64,000 nt of DNA from Raillietiella orientalis (lineage: Eukaryota). Below the pieces are notes generated by a model. It had not been told where the DNA came from, did no database searches, and worked only from the letters and a program-made list of their open reading frames with translations. The DNA lies in assembly GCA_036172245.1 (NCBI GenBank), contig JAYWIR010000006.1:2790001-2854000 (forward strand), written 5' to 3'. This document shows positions 48,351 through 60,149 of the stretch, in pieces. A program made the position numbers and the translations under genes. Position 1 is the first letter of the stretch. Each line of letters begins with the position of its first letter.

Positions 48351-49780
48351 GGGTTCGCGTTGGCGGCTCAGAGTGACTGCGGTCTCCACGCGTAGTGCCC
48401 CTCATTGCGAGTTCCAATCCTCACGTGGAGGATCGACGCCGAGAGATGCATGCATCGTGGGTTTCAATTCCCCCCCTTCCGCAGGATGATGCTGATTGGC
48501 CCGTGGGTTTCGGATGCGGCACTGGTGGAAACCGGAAACTCCTGGCTGAATCCGTTGAGTGGCCTCCGGAATGGAGGTTGATACTCCGGTGTCCTTCCAG
48601 GGCTGCTCAAGGAGCACCAGTTCCCTCTGAGGTTCCCCTCCAGTTGCGCAAATGAAGCCTTCATAGCGTACCATGGATCTGGTTGATGCCCATCTCGAGG
48701 GGTGGCCTCTCCAGAGTGTCGCTGTTCTGCTGTTCTGCCTCTTCAGAGCTCTGCTCCCTCTGAGGTTCTCTTCATAGGAGGAAAGGAGCGGTTGCCTTGA
48801 AGGCTCCCTCCAAAGAAGAAATGAAGAGTGGTCCCTCCGGGGGTCCTATGAAGAGAGTGGGGTTCCTTTCGGAGGCAACCAGGGTGATGCTTTCTTCTCA
48901 AGCGTGAGAGGTTTTAGCTCGGTCATGTCATGACGTTCATTGCAAAATAAACAAGTCTGAGGAAAAATGTATACCCTCGAAAAACAAGAAAGCCAAAAAA
49001 AGGAGATCATCGGCGATGACCACCGGCACTCAAGCTGACTTCCAAAAAGAAAGGAACGGAGGGAGGTGGCCATAAATAAATAAAAAAAGAAAGGAGGTAA
49101 GGATAGGGGGTCTTTGGTATCAAACGTTCTTATTCTTCTAGAAGCGACTCTGGATGATGGCCATCTCCCTGGCGACTTCTACCAGGTGAGGTCACCTTAC
49201 TGCTACCCCCATGAAGGCTACTGCCATGCTGGTGGCCTCTCTTCGCAGCGAACTTGCTTCTAGCACATGGAGGACTGTCACTATTGCGCGCGGATGCAAC
49301 ATCTCGTTGCGACCACGGCGCCTTTCTCCAGTCCGCCTCCGGTAAAGAAGCGCAGCAGCAGGTTGGTGGCAGTGTCTTGGGGTTGATGGAGTGCCGAAGC
49401 GAGTCTCTGCTACAAGTCCTGAAGGACACTGCAGTCCCACGAGAGTTATGGAAGCGATTCCATTGCCCCGCACCTAAGACAGTTTGGGGATGCAACTACA
49501 CCGGAAACCAGGTGTCTGCGCTGATTGCACTGGAATTTCCATTGCAAGAACAGCAGAACGTCTTGTTTCCCAAGCGTGAGAGGAACGGATTCCTCCCTCC
49601 GAAACTCTTTCCGGATTCACAGGGTGGTCCCCTTCCGAGATACGCTTAACTTGAAGAGTCAACACGCACCCTCGGGTGGAATAAGCAATGTTAAGAGCTA
49701 TGAGAGCCCCTAGACGGATAGTTCTTAAGTATTTACCAAACCAAAAAAAAAAACTAGAAAAAAGGAAAAAAAGGAAGCTG
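48351..49780 (+). mobile_element. SINE, full length, interrupted by a LINE at 48912-49570
   Basis: Head and body at 48351-48911. The SINE resumes at 49571 (CAAGCGTGAGAGGAACGG...) through the 3' hairpin remnant and A-rich tail at ~49740-49770. Confidence 0.8.
48912..49570 (-). mobile_element. 5'-truncated LINE (subfamily B) inserted in a SINE, perfect 13-bp TSD
   Basis: KQDVLLFLQW...SPNCLRCGAMESLP...IIQSRF stop, collinear with the copy at 4123-4937. Degenerate terminal motif AATGAACGTCATGACATGACCGAG. CAAGCGTGAGAGG at 48899-48911 and 49571-49583. Confidence 0.88.
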
Positions 49781-52081
49781 GAAGGAGAGCAGAGAAAGCA
49801 GAAGAACCCAAAAGGATTTCAATCGAGGAAGTTCTGGATCCGAAAGACGCCGACTTCAGAACACGAACTCTTGCTAAAAGTTGCTCAATTTTTAGAAACA
49901 GCGAGTCCACGGATCCAGCGTTCCTTTCCGGATGAAAATTCGAATTTCCATCCCAAGCGTGGACCGGGATTACTTCATTATCCATTACATCATTCCCAAT
50001 CGTTCAAACTCCAGGAATAGGAGCTTTTCGACAAGTAGGCACCTCACCGGGATCGCCCACCAAACCCTCTCGATGCTCCGTGATCCTTCCAGAAACAGAC
50101 AACTTGAACTCACAGTTTCCATAGCAACTGAGCATAGCAGAATGAATACTTCCTTCACAGCGGCAGACTACATGGAGTCCGATGCGGAGATTTTTTCGAG
50201 AGTGTCACTCCAACATGAGACACACGATGGAGGTTTCCATCGATCCGATCGTATGTGGCTCCATCACCGTGGTTACTTCAGTCATCAAAACTCCGCTCTT
50301 GCACTGAGAGCGGACGAACACCCGAATCGTCGTTGCTCACCGGAAACTGGTACCCCTACGAGTGCTATCGAGTAGCCCGGGACAGACCGATTTCCCGGAT
50401 TGCACACCCCACTGGCGAGATGAGACGAGGAAATGCGGTCTTCGGCTTCGGGCAGGCCGTTGGTTCATCGCCATCTGTTCGGAACACTTGACGAAGTCAC
50501 AGCCCGCGGATAACTCGCCTTTCTCCGCAGAAGCCATGCTATATAGACCATGCTGTGATGTGGACGATTCTCCAGACGTGGCACGTGGATCGATTGAAAT
50601 CTCTCTTCAGAAGGGAAATCCTTCCTTACCGTGGTATCTCTGGAAGTTCCAGGGCACTTTTATGGAGTCTCTGGCTTGTTTTCCCTTCCTCTACGTGAGT
50701 CTTGTCTCTCCGTCTACGATTTTCCTCTCCTTATGCTAATGGGAAAAGCAAAAGCGCATCTGCAAACGGAAGCAGATCGCAACTTCGAAAACCCGGGAAG
50801 GGTTGAAACGGTGTCCTTGAGTAATTCCTCGAGGCCCTGCACCGAGCCCTCATTCGAGCTTCGACGCTTTCACATGAGAAATCCGGTCGAACCAGAGACG
50901 GAGTTCCATTCGAGTGATTCGTTCAGAGGCTGGCATCGGGAAAAAGCTGCTGCCGTCCCGGAAAATTCGCAGAGAATTCCAAGAGACTTCTTTTGCTGTG
51001 CATCGATGGAAAAGCGGTGAATTGCAAGCATCGTGCCTGCTGAAAGCAAGTGGGAGCACTCTGTTTTTGATGTATACACTCCACAGTTCACGTGTGAAGA
51101 CTTCGACGAAAGAAATCAAACCCCTCTGATGATGCAATGTATTGGTCCTATAAGCAGCTGGGGACACTGCACGCCGAATGCTGGAGTTCCAAAATAAAAA
51201 TGAAAATAAGCTGCATTGTTTCCTGCTCTTTCTGCTGTCGTTACCAGCCAACAGCTTCCACGTCCTCGTAATGACCAGTCCTCACAGTCCTTTCAGAGTG
51301 GTAGCAACGACAGTGGTTCTCAGCAGCTGAATGACAGACGCAAAACAATCGCGCTCTTTGGACCCAGAATAGTCTGGTTCACTCGTGAACAGTTACTCTT
51401 CCCCATAAGCATCCTGAACGTCCTTGAGACGAAGCCGGTGACTCGCTCTTCTGAAGAAATTACTGAATGCATACTTTGTAGGCATGCGTGCAGCCCATCA
51501 GCCGAAACGCAGAGGTCAAGACGCACCGAGTGACCACGTGGTGAGCCCTTGCTTTCCACAGTTCATTTTGTCTACGCCTCCTCGCACCAGCAGAACTCTA
51601 CCACGGTGTGCATGCGTAATGAACGCGGATGTCTCACGTCAGATAGACCTCTAGCAGAGTGGAGGGTTACCTTCCGGGTCATCTTCTTGCCTCGCTCATT
51701 CGCTTGCAGTCACGTTCACACGCTCCAAGGCCATCCTTGGTCTTTCACACATGGCTCTGGTCACTCACTACTTCTTGGCTCCTTGTTCATCTCCAAACCA
51801 ATGCACTCGTATGTGACGGCGGAACTTCTCAAGATCCAAATGCGTTTAGCCTTTTGTCTGCAGCGTCCGAGACTTCTTCCCTCGTCATGGAGCATACGGG
51901 ATGAAAATCCTGCCACAGTTCGCTTGGGAAATGGTCGTGAGCATTCTCTTGATGCCACGCTCAGCGATGAACCATGCACGTTAAAAATCCGCTGTTCATA
52001 AAGATCGAAGACATCAACAATCGACCATCAGTTATACAAACTTGGTACGTACGGCCTATGTTCGTGGGATCATCTAATTGA

Positions 52082-52360
52082 AAGCTCCTTGCGCTGTTTC
52101 TCGGTGACCCCGACCATGTACCCTGTCGTATTGGATGCACCGCCTGCCTCTCCTTCCGGCTTTCTGCCTTCGAGCGGAAGGTCTCCAATTTCCCAGCGTT
52201 TTTCGGCCCCTCCGCTAGTGGGGCGAAAGTGGAGCAGCAGAACAGCAGTCGCTTGCATTTGCTCTCCTTTGCTTTCCATGCCTTCTTCCGAGCTGTTACC
52301 AGGTGGGCAGACAGACAGGCAACCCGGCAACGCCGTGGAGTCACGTGACAAAGGAGCTCG
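52082..52360 (-). repeat. Unclassified dispersed repeat, copy 2
   Basis: See 43136-43422. Confidence 0.75.
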
Positions 52361-54899
52361 ACACGCGAGAGAAGGATGCGCAGGGCAAAACAGGAAGTTG
52401 GGGACGCCTCTTCGAAGCGCGCACCGAGCGATGTCCAAGCATCTGCTCCTCCGAGGGGACAGGAAAGGAGCCAATGAAGTTTTTGGAGACTATCCATTCC
52501 GCATTCTCGGACTTGGAAAGAGGGTGCTCTCTGCCCATTGACCAGCAGGTCCCCAGACGAACTGAGAGATCCAGGTGCCGTCACTCAGAAAATTCGGCAA
52601 GCCGTCACCAAGCGGGCATCCAACCACTCCGTCCTCACAGAGAGCGCTCCTTCAGGTTCTTTTAGGTGTTGACAGATTCCCCGGGCACAGTTCGAGGACC
52701 TCTCCGCCACCCCCACTTTGGTTGTCTTACCGGAAGCTCGCCGACACGCTGCATGCCCAGTAGGGGCCCCGGCCATGCTGGGCCTTGGTCGTTCCACCAT
52801 GCTCTCCCCTTTTCTGCGAAGGTGAAACAACTAGAGTTCTCCGAGCACGCCGTCGTTCTTCGGATCGCATACTCCCAACCTACCCGACCCCAAGTGCTCC
52901 CATTCAAGTTAGCGAGCCTCTTTCCACGAAGAGGAGAGGCAGTTCTTCGTCCACCCTTCCGTCGATATCGCTGCTGAGCTCTAGGAAATTCACGGACGGA
53001 CAGACTCTTCTTGCACGCACGGGTAGCAGTGTCTGCGGAATCATCAGCTTGAACCTTTTTGCACCCACCCCACTGACCGTAGAAACTCCTCACCGTCACG
53101 GAAGACGTCGCCACACGTCAATGTGCAGAGCTTCCAGCTTCTCTACGATGAGAACATTTAGCAGGGCGTCTTAGGAGGAGGAAGATTCGCTGCACCTGCA
53201 CTTGAGACGAGAGTTCACATCTGTATGTACGAGAAGCAGAAGGGTGTGTCGAATTGACGAACGTGTACACCTTCGCCTGCAGGAAAATCACATCCAGGAA
53301 GGAATTGAGGAGGCCTCTGGTTATGATCCGTCTCTACATATGAAAATCACGTATGAACACATATGCGCATGTTTTTCACACATTCTTTTTTTCCATATAA
53401 GTGTGTATATGTGGAAATTATTTGAGGGAATCACCACTGGAACTCGCACCCTTCCTATGGAGCCAGACGGTGTGCATCGATTCCGAAGAATGGTGCAGAA
53501 TGGAGGACTTGGTGTGGGTTGCAGCCGTACCCCCCCGGGCCATCATGACGCTAAGTGACTTCGAGAGAGTTACTCTTGGACGATGCCGACCCGCAATGAG
53601 AGACACCCCAAGGGGGCTGCGGACTTCTCTGAGGCATGAGGAATGGCTTTGCGCGGGGTGCTGAGGTCACTCATGCTGGGGTCCGCAGGGAAGGGGGGAG
53701 ATCGTTATAGGATTGGTGGGTTCTTAGAGGGCACGCCGAGAGGCGCGAACAGCGGGAAGCCCGAGGATGACAGTGCAAAAGAGCGCCCCAGTCGATGCTT
53801 TCCTGGCATCGTGTCGGACAGATTCGACTTGACGGCATGGCTGACGCAAGCTCCCACGTGCACCACGACCTCTGGTTCCCTGCTGCAAGAGAGAGAGAGC
53901 TGCGTTCTCCGCTCTTAGGTCGTTCTGTTCCTCACCCCCAGGTTTGAGCAGATTTCAGTGTCGTCCTGGAGTCCCATGCTTTCTGCTCGCTTCCTAAAAG
54001 TCTGGCTGCTGAGTGATGAAATCTCGGAAGGATGAAGGGATCTCCACTCCCTGACCAATGCGGGAAGCAGACGGATGGCTCTTAGTTCCATGGTGAGCTC
54101 ACAGGCGTAGCGTCCGCCTGTGAATCTTCGAGTGCTTTTCCGTGCCACAGGCACATAGGATCTGACCATTAAGAGGAAAACAGAAGAACATTCTAGAAAT
54201 CGCTCTTTTTATTTATTTATTTATTTTTGCTCTGCAGTTGAATTTGTTCTTTCCCTCCCGATGAGGACATCGGCAGCTCTTTGCCATTCCCTTCTTGCGT
54301 AACCGCTTGCCTTCTCTGTGGACCTTCCTCCTCTTCGGGTAGTTGCTGCATATCCTACGGAACTCGAGGCGAGGAGAGAAGTCATCCGCTTGAGAAGAGC
54401 TCCATTGGAGACGAAGAGCGCGTGAAAGGGGAATCTCAAATCGGCTGCTTGCGCTGGGAGCCCACGGGACCGCACCGACCTTCCCGGCTCGATTTCCTCC
54501 CGTCCTGGAGAATGTCACGCCGCACGATTGCAGGATCGCAGCTGCGGAAGGTGTCAAGTGTGACACTGACTTATGTGTCTAAATCGTCGCTCGCGGTATT
54601 GCCCTCTGACGCATCACTCCACCGGCAGAAGACGGCGGCGGAGAGGAGCCGGGAACTGATCTCCTGTGTGGACTTGGTCTCCTTCCGGATCTGACACTTC
54701 TTAGGGAGAGAAGAGGAGGGTAGTCCTCTGAACGCTGCCTCTCACTAGAGAGCACCCTGGAAGCGCTCTCAAGCGCTCGAGAGAGAAGGAAAAACAAATA
54801 CGGAGACTTCTGTACCCCACTGCCTACGAGGGATGCCCAGAGTCCCCAAAGTCTAGTCTGCAGGGTCCATGAAATAAAAAAGTGATAAGAGAGCTGGAG

Positions 54900-55500
54900 A
54901 TACCTCGGCTGTACCCCTGCAAAACGAGGCACCCTGTGTCTAACTGTCTCCAGCATTTAATATGGCTGCGATATCCATGAGACCTACAGGTTGGGGCATC
55001 TCCCGATGGAAGGATTATCCAAGACTTCGGATCTCAAGAAAAATTGGAGCCAGCTGATGTGGTGGCAGACGGAAGTTTCTTGTAAGCAAGGACAAAAGGA
55101 GAGGAAGAGCCAAAGGATGAAGAAGGCATGAAGATGGTGAAGACCGCAAAGACCTGGTCGCCGGTTCACTGAGAAGGATGAGTCCGACGGAGTCGCTTAC
55201 TTTTTGCTGGACGTCTCCCTTATGCGTCTCCCTGGAAGAGTCCCGTTCACGGAGTCCCACGCCGAGTACATGAGGCTGACAGCACATCAAGGCGGAAGAA
55301 GTAAAGTGGTGAATGCGGTGAGGGAAGAGCAGGGATCATCAACAGTGAAGATCTGGTTCTGGTTCCCAGGACTGCAGACAAGAGATGTCTCCAGGTGCCA
55401 GAGAGTCGGACCGAACAGGTAGAGTTGTCGGAGACAATGGGGTCACGGGAGAACATTATTCATGCCATTTGACTGGCCTTTACAATGACCCTCCTCATTC
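54900..55500 (+). mobile_element. Possible LINE ORF1 remnant (degenerate zinc knuckle)
   Basis: VKIWFWFPGLQTRDVSRCQRVGPNR*SC resembles the L1/Tx1 ORF1 lead-in and CX2CX4HX4C with two ligands lost. Confidence 0.3.
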
Positions 55501-56514
55501 GCACAGTGGCTTCAGGCCGGATGGACCTGCAGATTGCAGCTTTCTGAGGAGAGAAAGCACTTCGCTCGGAGAGTTGCTCTTCCCCGCATCAAGGTTCCTG
55601 GATGACTCCTGGGTTCTCATCTCCGGGAGCCGTTTTCTTCTTGCCTCATGGAGCTCGGCGCTCCCAGTCTCCCCTCTCCCTACCTATTTGATGTCCGCTA
55701 GCACAAGATCGTGGCTCTCTGGGAATAAAAGTCCAGGAAGCGATCCCCATAAAGCATTCAGGAAGCAAATGATAAGCGCCCGCGATCTTCTTCCAGTTCC
55801 CTGGGGACCATCAGCACGCGCGACGGGAACTATTTCTCGTTATCCCCTTCCTTCTCTGTTTTCATCGGAGGGAATTTGCAGGGATAACCAGGTGCGTTTA
55901 GTTCCGAGACGGATCGCCGCACTCCGAAAGAGATGAAATCTTCGCCCTGCACCGGTACAACACGAAAAGGACGAAACCTCTGCAGACCGAAGTAAAGATG
56001 GCGCCGCCACGTGCTTGGAAGACAGCCTCACCACCACCAGCAGAGACACGCACTCCTCTGACATTCCGGTTGTCTTCAGCATCCTTACCTGGGAGTTGTT
56101 GCCTCTCCGGCAGCACTTGGGAGGAGACCGCGTCCTGGGTTCTGTCCTAGTAAGGGTAGGCCCTTCTGTGAGGTAGACGACGATGGAGAGGGACTTCTTC
56201 CTTTCCTCTTTTTTTCTTCTGTAATCAAGTTTCCGAGCTCTTCTTTTCGGGGGTGGCGAGCTCGAGGAGGTGCTTCTCTTCTCGATGGACCCCTGAGAAA
56301 GGCGATCTTTCTTTAGAACGTCCTGCAGTCGGTCTAAAAGCTCCCCGCCTGCTTGCGCGGGTCCTGAAGAGCAGGACGCTGGAGGGCATTCGGCCATCAT
56401 TGCGGGCGCAGTGTTCTTCGCTGCCCGCTATGTCGCCTTGCGGCTGGAGGCTCTGCGGGGCGTCTGGAGGAAATCCTTGGGTTCTTTGTTTCCACGCGTC
56501 TCCGCGCACGGCAA

Positions 56515-57320
56515 CCCGCAGGGGGGAGTGTAATTCTTCAGGATAGGGGGCACTCCGGGATGAGGGTCCGCCCTATGAATCCAGGAAGGACTCGGAGTCC
56601 GTTCCTCTGGCGCTTGGGGAGGAATCTCACCTCCCACCCTGGTTGTCTCCGAAGGAGAACCCCGAAGGGAATATCCTTGCTCATTCTCTCCGGAGGGACA
56701 CCCCCCTAACGGGAGGTGGTCCTCTCCATTTCAAATTCTCCGAAGGGAACCCGGAAAAGATCCGCTTGTAAGAATTTCTTCTCCGGAGGGAACCCTCAAG
56801 GGAACCGCTCCTTTTTTCACTACTCTGAAGAGAACCCCGGAGGGACGCTTCCGAAACTCAGAAGGGGCGCTGCAACTTCCCTCAGGGAATCGCTCTCGCT
56901 TGCTTCCTTGCACTCTTCTGGAGAGGCGACGACTCGGAGAGACCCCCCAACAGGGGTGGTCCGCTCCTTTGAACAACTGGAGAGGTGCCGTGAGGGCTCC
57001 TGTTCCATCTTGAAACCGGGGGCGGTCCCCCGGTGATGGGGGTCCGCTCTCCGTTGCACGACCGGAGGGGGAACTCCCCACTCCTTGATTCCTGGAAGGA
57101 CCCGAAGGTCGACTCCCATTGTTCCGGCCTTCATGGGGGGCCTCCGACTTAATCCACCGCCGGGGCCACACCCGAATGTCTCGGCCAACCAGCGCCATCT
57201 TGCATGAGAAACTCGGAACCCAAACGACGCAGTGGCGTCAGTTATCTGCCGAAGTATTCGAACCCGCGACGCATGGTGCCACGCGCGGAAGCCTTAACCA
57301 CAAAGCCTCCGACGCGGGCC
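56515..57320 (-). mobile_element. SINE, lacking the extreme 3' end; clearest internal unit array
   Basis: Head at 57255-57320. Five to six ~40-45 nt CTCC(G/A)GA(A/G)GGGAACCC units at 56645-56870. Confidence 0.8.
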
Positions 57321-58519
57321 TCGGGGACGGGGAAAGGCTCTTCGGGGAAACCTCGGTTTTCTGGTGCAGGGGCTCGTCGAGAGTGCGCGACTCCTCTTCT
57401 CCGGAAAGTGCGAAGGTCTCGTCCACCTTCTCCCTGGCAATAGGCAGCTCCTCCAGGTCTCCTGGAAGCTGACCGTCTACCCTCTCCGGCAGCTCCTCCT
57501 CCTCCTCCTCCTGATCACCCTCCTCATGCTAAACGCCAGAGAGAGGTAACGGCGCGGACTGGTCACCACAGCAGCAGCAGTAGCAGCGGCCGGATTCCTT
57601 CAAAAACGCTCCCGATCCAAAGGGCGCCTAGCCGGCCATCTTGATGGTGGTCCACGACATCGCCAAGGACAACCTCCACCGCCGCCATCATCCACGCGGC
57701 ATGATGCAACTCAATCCCAGAATCCACCTTTTCTGTGGAACGGAGAACTTAGCTCATGCGGCTCGTGGAATAGCTGGAGTACTGCTTCAGGAACATCCAA
57801 AGATCTTCGGAAGAGATGCAGGTCTTCCTGCAACAGCTAGGTTCGAGAGCAGTGCGAAACCGAGAAAAATGCGTTGGCAAGCCTACCTGGTGCACGGATG
57901 GCGGAAAGACCCTTGCTGTGCTTGTGACTTCCCAGCCGATCCAGGACTTCGAATCAAGAGGGAGGGAAGCGGAGGAAGGGCAGATGTCTCTGTGGGGAGA
58001 GCAAGTAGGAGCGCGGCTGCGCATCCCATCCTTGGGGGCGTACGCAGAGATTGAAGAGATGGTAGAAAATACCCCGGACCGGCTCAGAAGGCCACGAGAG
58101 AAAGAAAGACTGGATCTGAGCAGTGGGAAGCTGAGACACAGGGGTCTCACCTTCATTGAGTTCGCCCGCTTCCTGCCCGAGGGCGGACGAAATGCTGGCT
58201 CAGGCAAGGTGAGGTCGAAGACCAAGAGACATTGCCACTGCTCCTAGGGGAGGAGAAGGGAGGGGGAAGGACGAGGGAATCATCTAAAGAAAAAAGCGAT
58301 GAGTGGTGATTCGAGTCCGCAAGAAGTGGCCGTCGGTCTATCCGGCGGCTGCCGTCCCATCCCGATTGCGCCGAAGGAGGAGCAGGGAGCAGGAGAAAAG
58401 GCAAAAAAAAAGACAGGTGCGTGGGGGAAGGAGGACGGGAAGGAAGAGAGAAGACGAAGGGAGGAGGGAGATGAAAATCTTCTGGGGCTCTTCAGTGTTC
58501 GATGCTTTCCTTCCAGTGG

Positions 58520-59840
58520 TTTTTTCTTTTTCCAGCTTTCCTTTTTGGGGGGGATGATAGGATTCTCAAAGTGCTGAAGAACCATTCGCCTCCTCAAGGG
58601 AGCTCACGATGCTCCTCAGCACTGTTCCACCTAGAGGCGCGTATTACTCTTCGAATTAGGAGGTGACTCCGAAGGTACCACCCTATTGATCCAGGAAGGT
58701 TCCGGAGGTGCAAGGAGTCCGCCCGTTCCTCTCACGCTTGGTAGGAAAACCCCGAACGAAACCCTCGCTCTGGTAATCTCCAAAAGGAACCCCTGTGGGA
58801 ACATTTTCCTTGTTCTTTTTAGAGAGATCCCAAGTTTGTGGGGGTCACTAATTGTTGCTTCTTCCGAAGGAACCCGCAAGGGGACCACTCCTCGTTTCCG
58901 GCCCTGAAGACAATCCTGAAAGGACGCTTCCGAATTTCTTTGGAGAGCGCTACCCGAAGGAAGCAGAGTTTTTCTTGACACTCTGGAAAGACATCGTTCC
59001 ATCAGCTGCATGGTACGAGATGGAGGTACCCCCAAGGGAATTGTCTACCTCATTCCTGGAAGGACCCGGAGGATTAACATTCCTACCCGTCAACGGGGAC
59101 ATCTGGTTTCCAGGTTCCACCAGTGCTGTACCTCCTGCATCTCCTAGTGAACTGTTGCCCTCTGGCCCCTTTGAGGACTCTTCGCCACGACCCTTGGAAT
59201 CCCGGGCAACAACGCCAGATGGGTTTTGAAGCTCCTCTTCCTGTGTGATCATCCTCGCGCCGGTCGCATCCCTGGTAACACTTTGTTGCCTACGCGGCGG
59301 GACCATGGCTGCATGGAGCAACGCCAGAGGAGGTCAGAACGACAGGAACGCCATCTATTTTTCCGTCCTCTTCAGGAGGATGGCGTCAAGATGGCCATAT
59401 CTGGAAGTCTTGAAACAGAAACTTGCCGGCATCCTTACAAGGATGCAGAAGACACCCTCCAGCACACAGTGATCCCTTCCCAATCCCCTCTTCCTCCATT
59501 TTTCTGACTGTATGTTTTTTGCTTTATTTTACTTTTTTGTTTGTCTCCCCTTTTCCTGTGCTGCCGAGGCGAACCCTGCTGGCCTGCGTGCCAGTTCTTG
59601 GCAGGCTTCTTCTCATAGTTATGAGCAACGTGGCAGGATCAAACGTCTTGCCACAGACGTGTATGATTAGGTGTCAATCACTGCTGCACCTAAAGCCTAC
59701 AGACCAACCAGAATCATCCTGTGGGAGGCTGAAAACCCACTATGCACTTATTTCTAGGAGTCAATCCTTTCCCGAAGGGGTTCGAACCCGCAACTCCCTG
59801 TGCCACGAGCGGGAACCATAGCCACACGATTGCCATTGCA
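58520..59840 (-). mobile_element. SINE, full length, interrupted by a LINE at 59134-59676
   Basis: 3' part at 58520-59133 (hairpin 58571-58622) and 5' part with B box at 59677-59840. Confidence 0.8.
59134..59676 (+). mobile_element. 5'-truncated LINE (subfamily A1) inserted in a SINE, ~15-bp TSD
   Basis: Closely similar to 11760-12250 (RWPYL...GILTRMQ stop at 59472) and ends GGTGTCA. Flanks ACCAGTGCTGTACCT (59119-59133) and ATCACTGCTGCACCT (59677-59691) are 12/15 identical. Confidence 0.85.
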
Positions 59841-60149
59841 GTGGCCTCCTCGGTCGGACCTGGAGACAAGGGTCTACACTGCTCAAGGAAGTACAACTTC
59901 CAAGGAGTACAACCCTGACCCAAGTTAGGTCCATAATGGAATCCTCCCTCTTCTATGAAGTTCGTCGAGCAGTTCCAGCGAACTCGGGGTGCCCTCCGAG
60001 CGCTGCCAATGCTCGCTGGCGGCAAAGGGCGGAGCTATCCCGCACGAACGCGTCCACTAAAGTCTTCAACAGGCAAGAAGGGGAAGAATTTCGTTCTCCA
60101 CCCGTAGGGACAAATCGACGATGATCTGTCCGAGGGGATCACCGTCGAC

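Noticed and set aside
56825..56857. CTGAAGAG...CGAAAC resembling a hammerhead ribozyme core inside the SINE
   Set aside because: It is on the antisense strand, stem II is out of register, no stems I and III were found, and most other copies read GAAT or CAAT instead of GAAA.
56645..56870. Periodic units as a CRISPR-like array
   Set aside because: Units are degenerate, the intervening sequence is conserved between dispersed copies, the context is eukaryotic and there are no cas genes.
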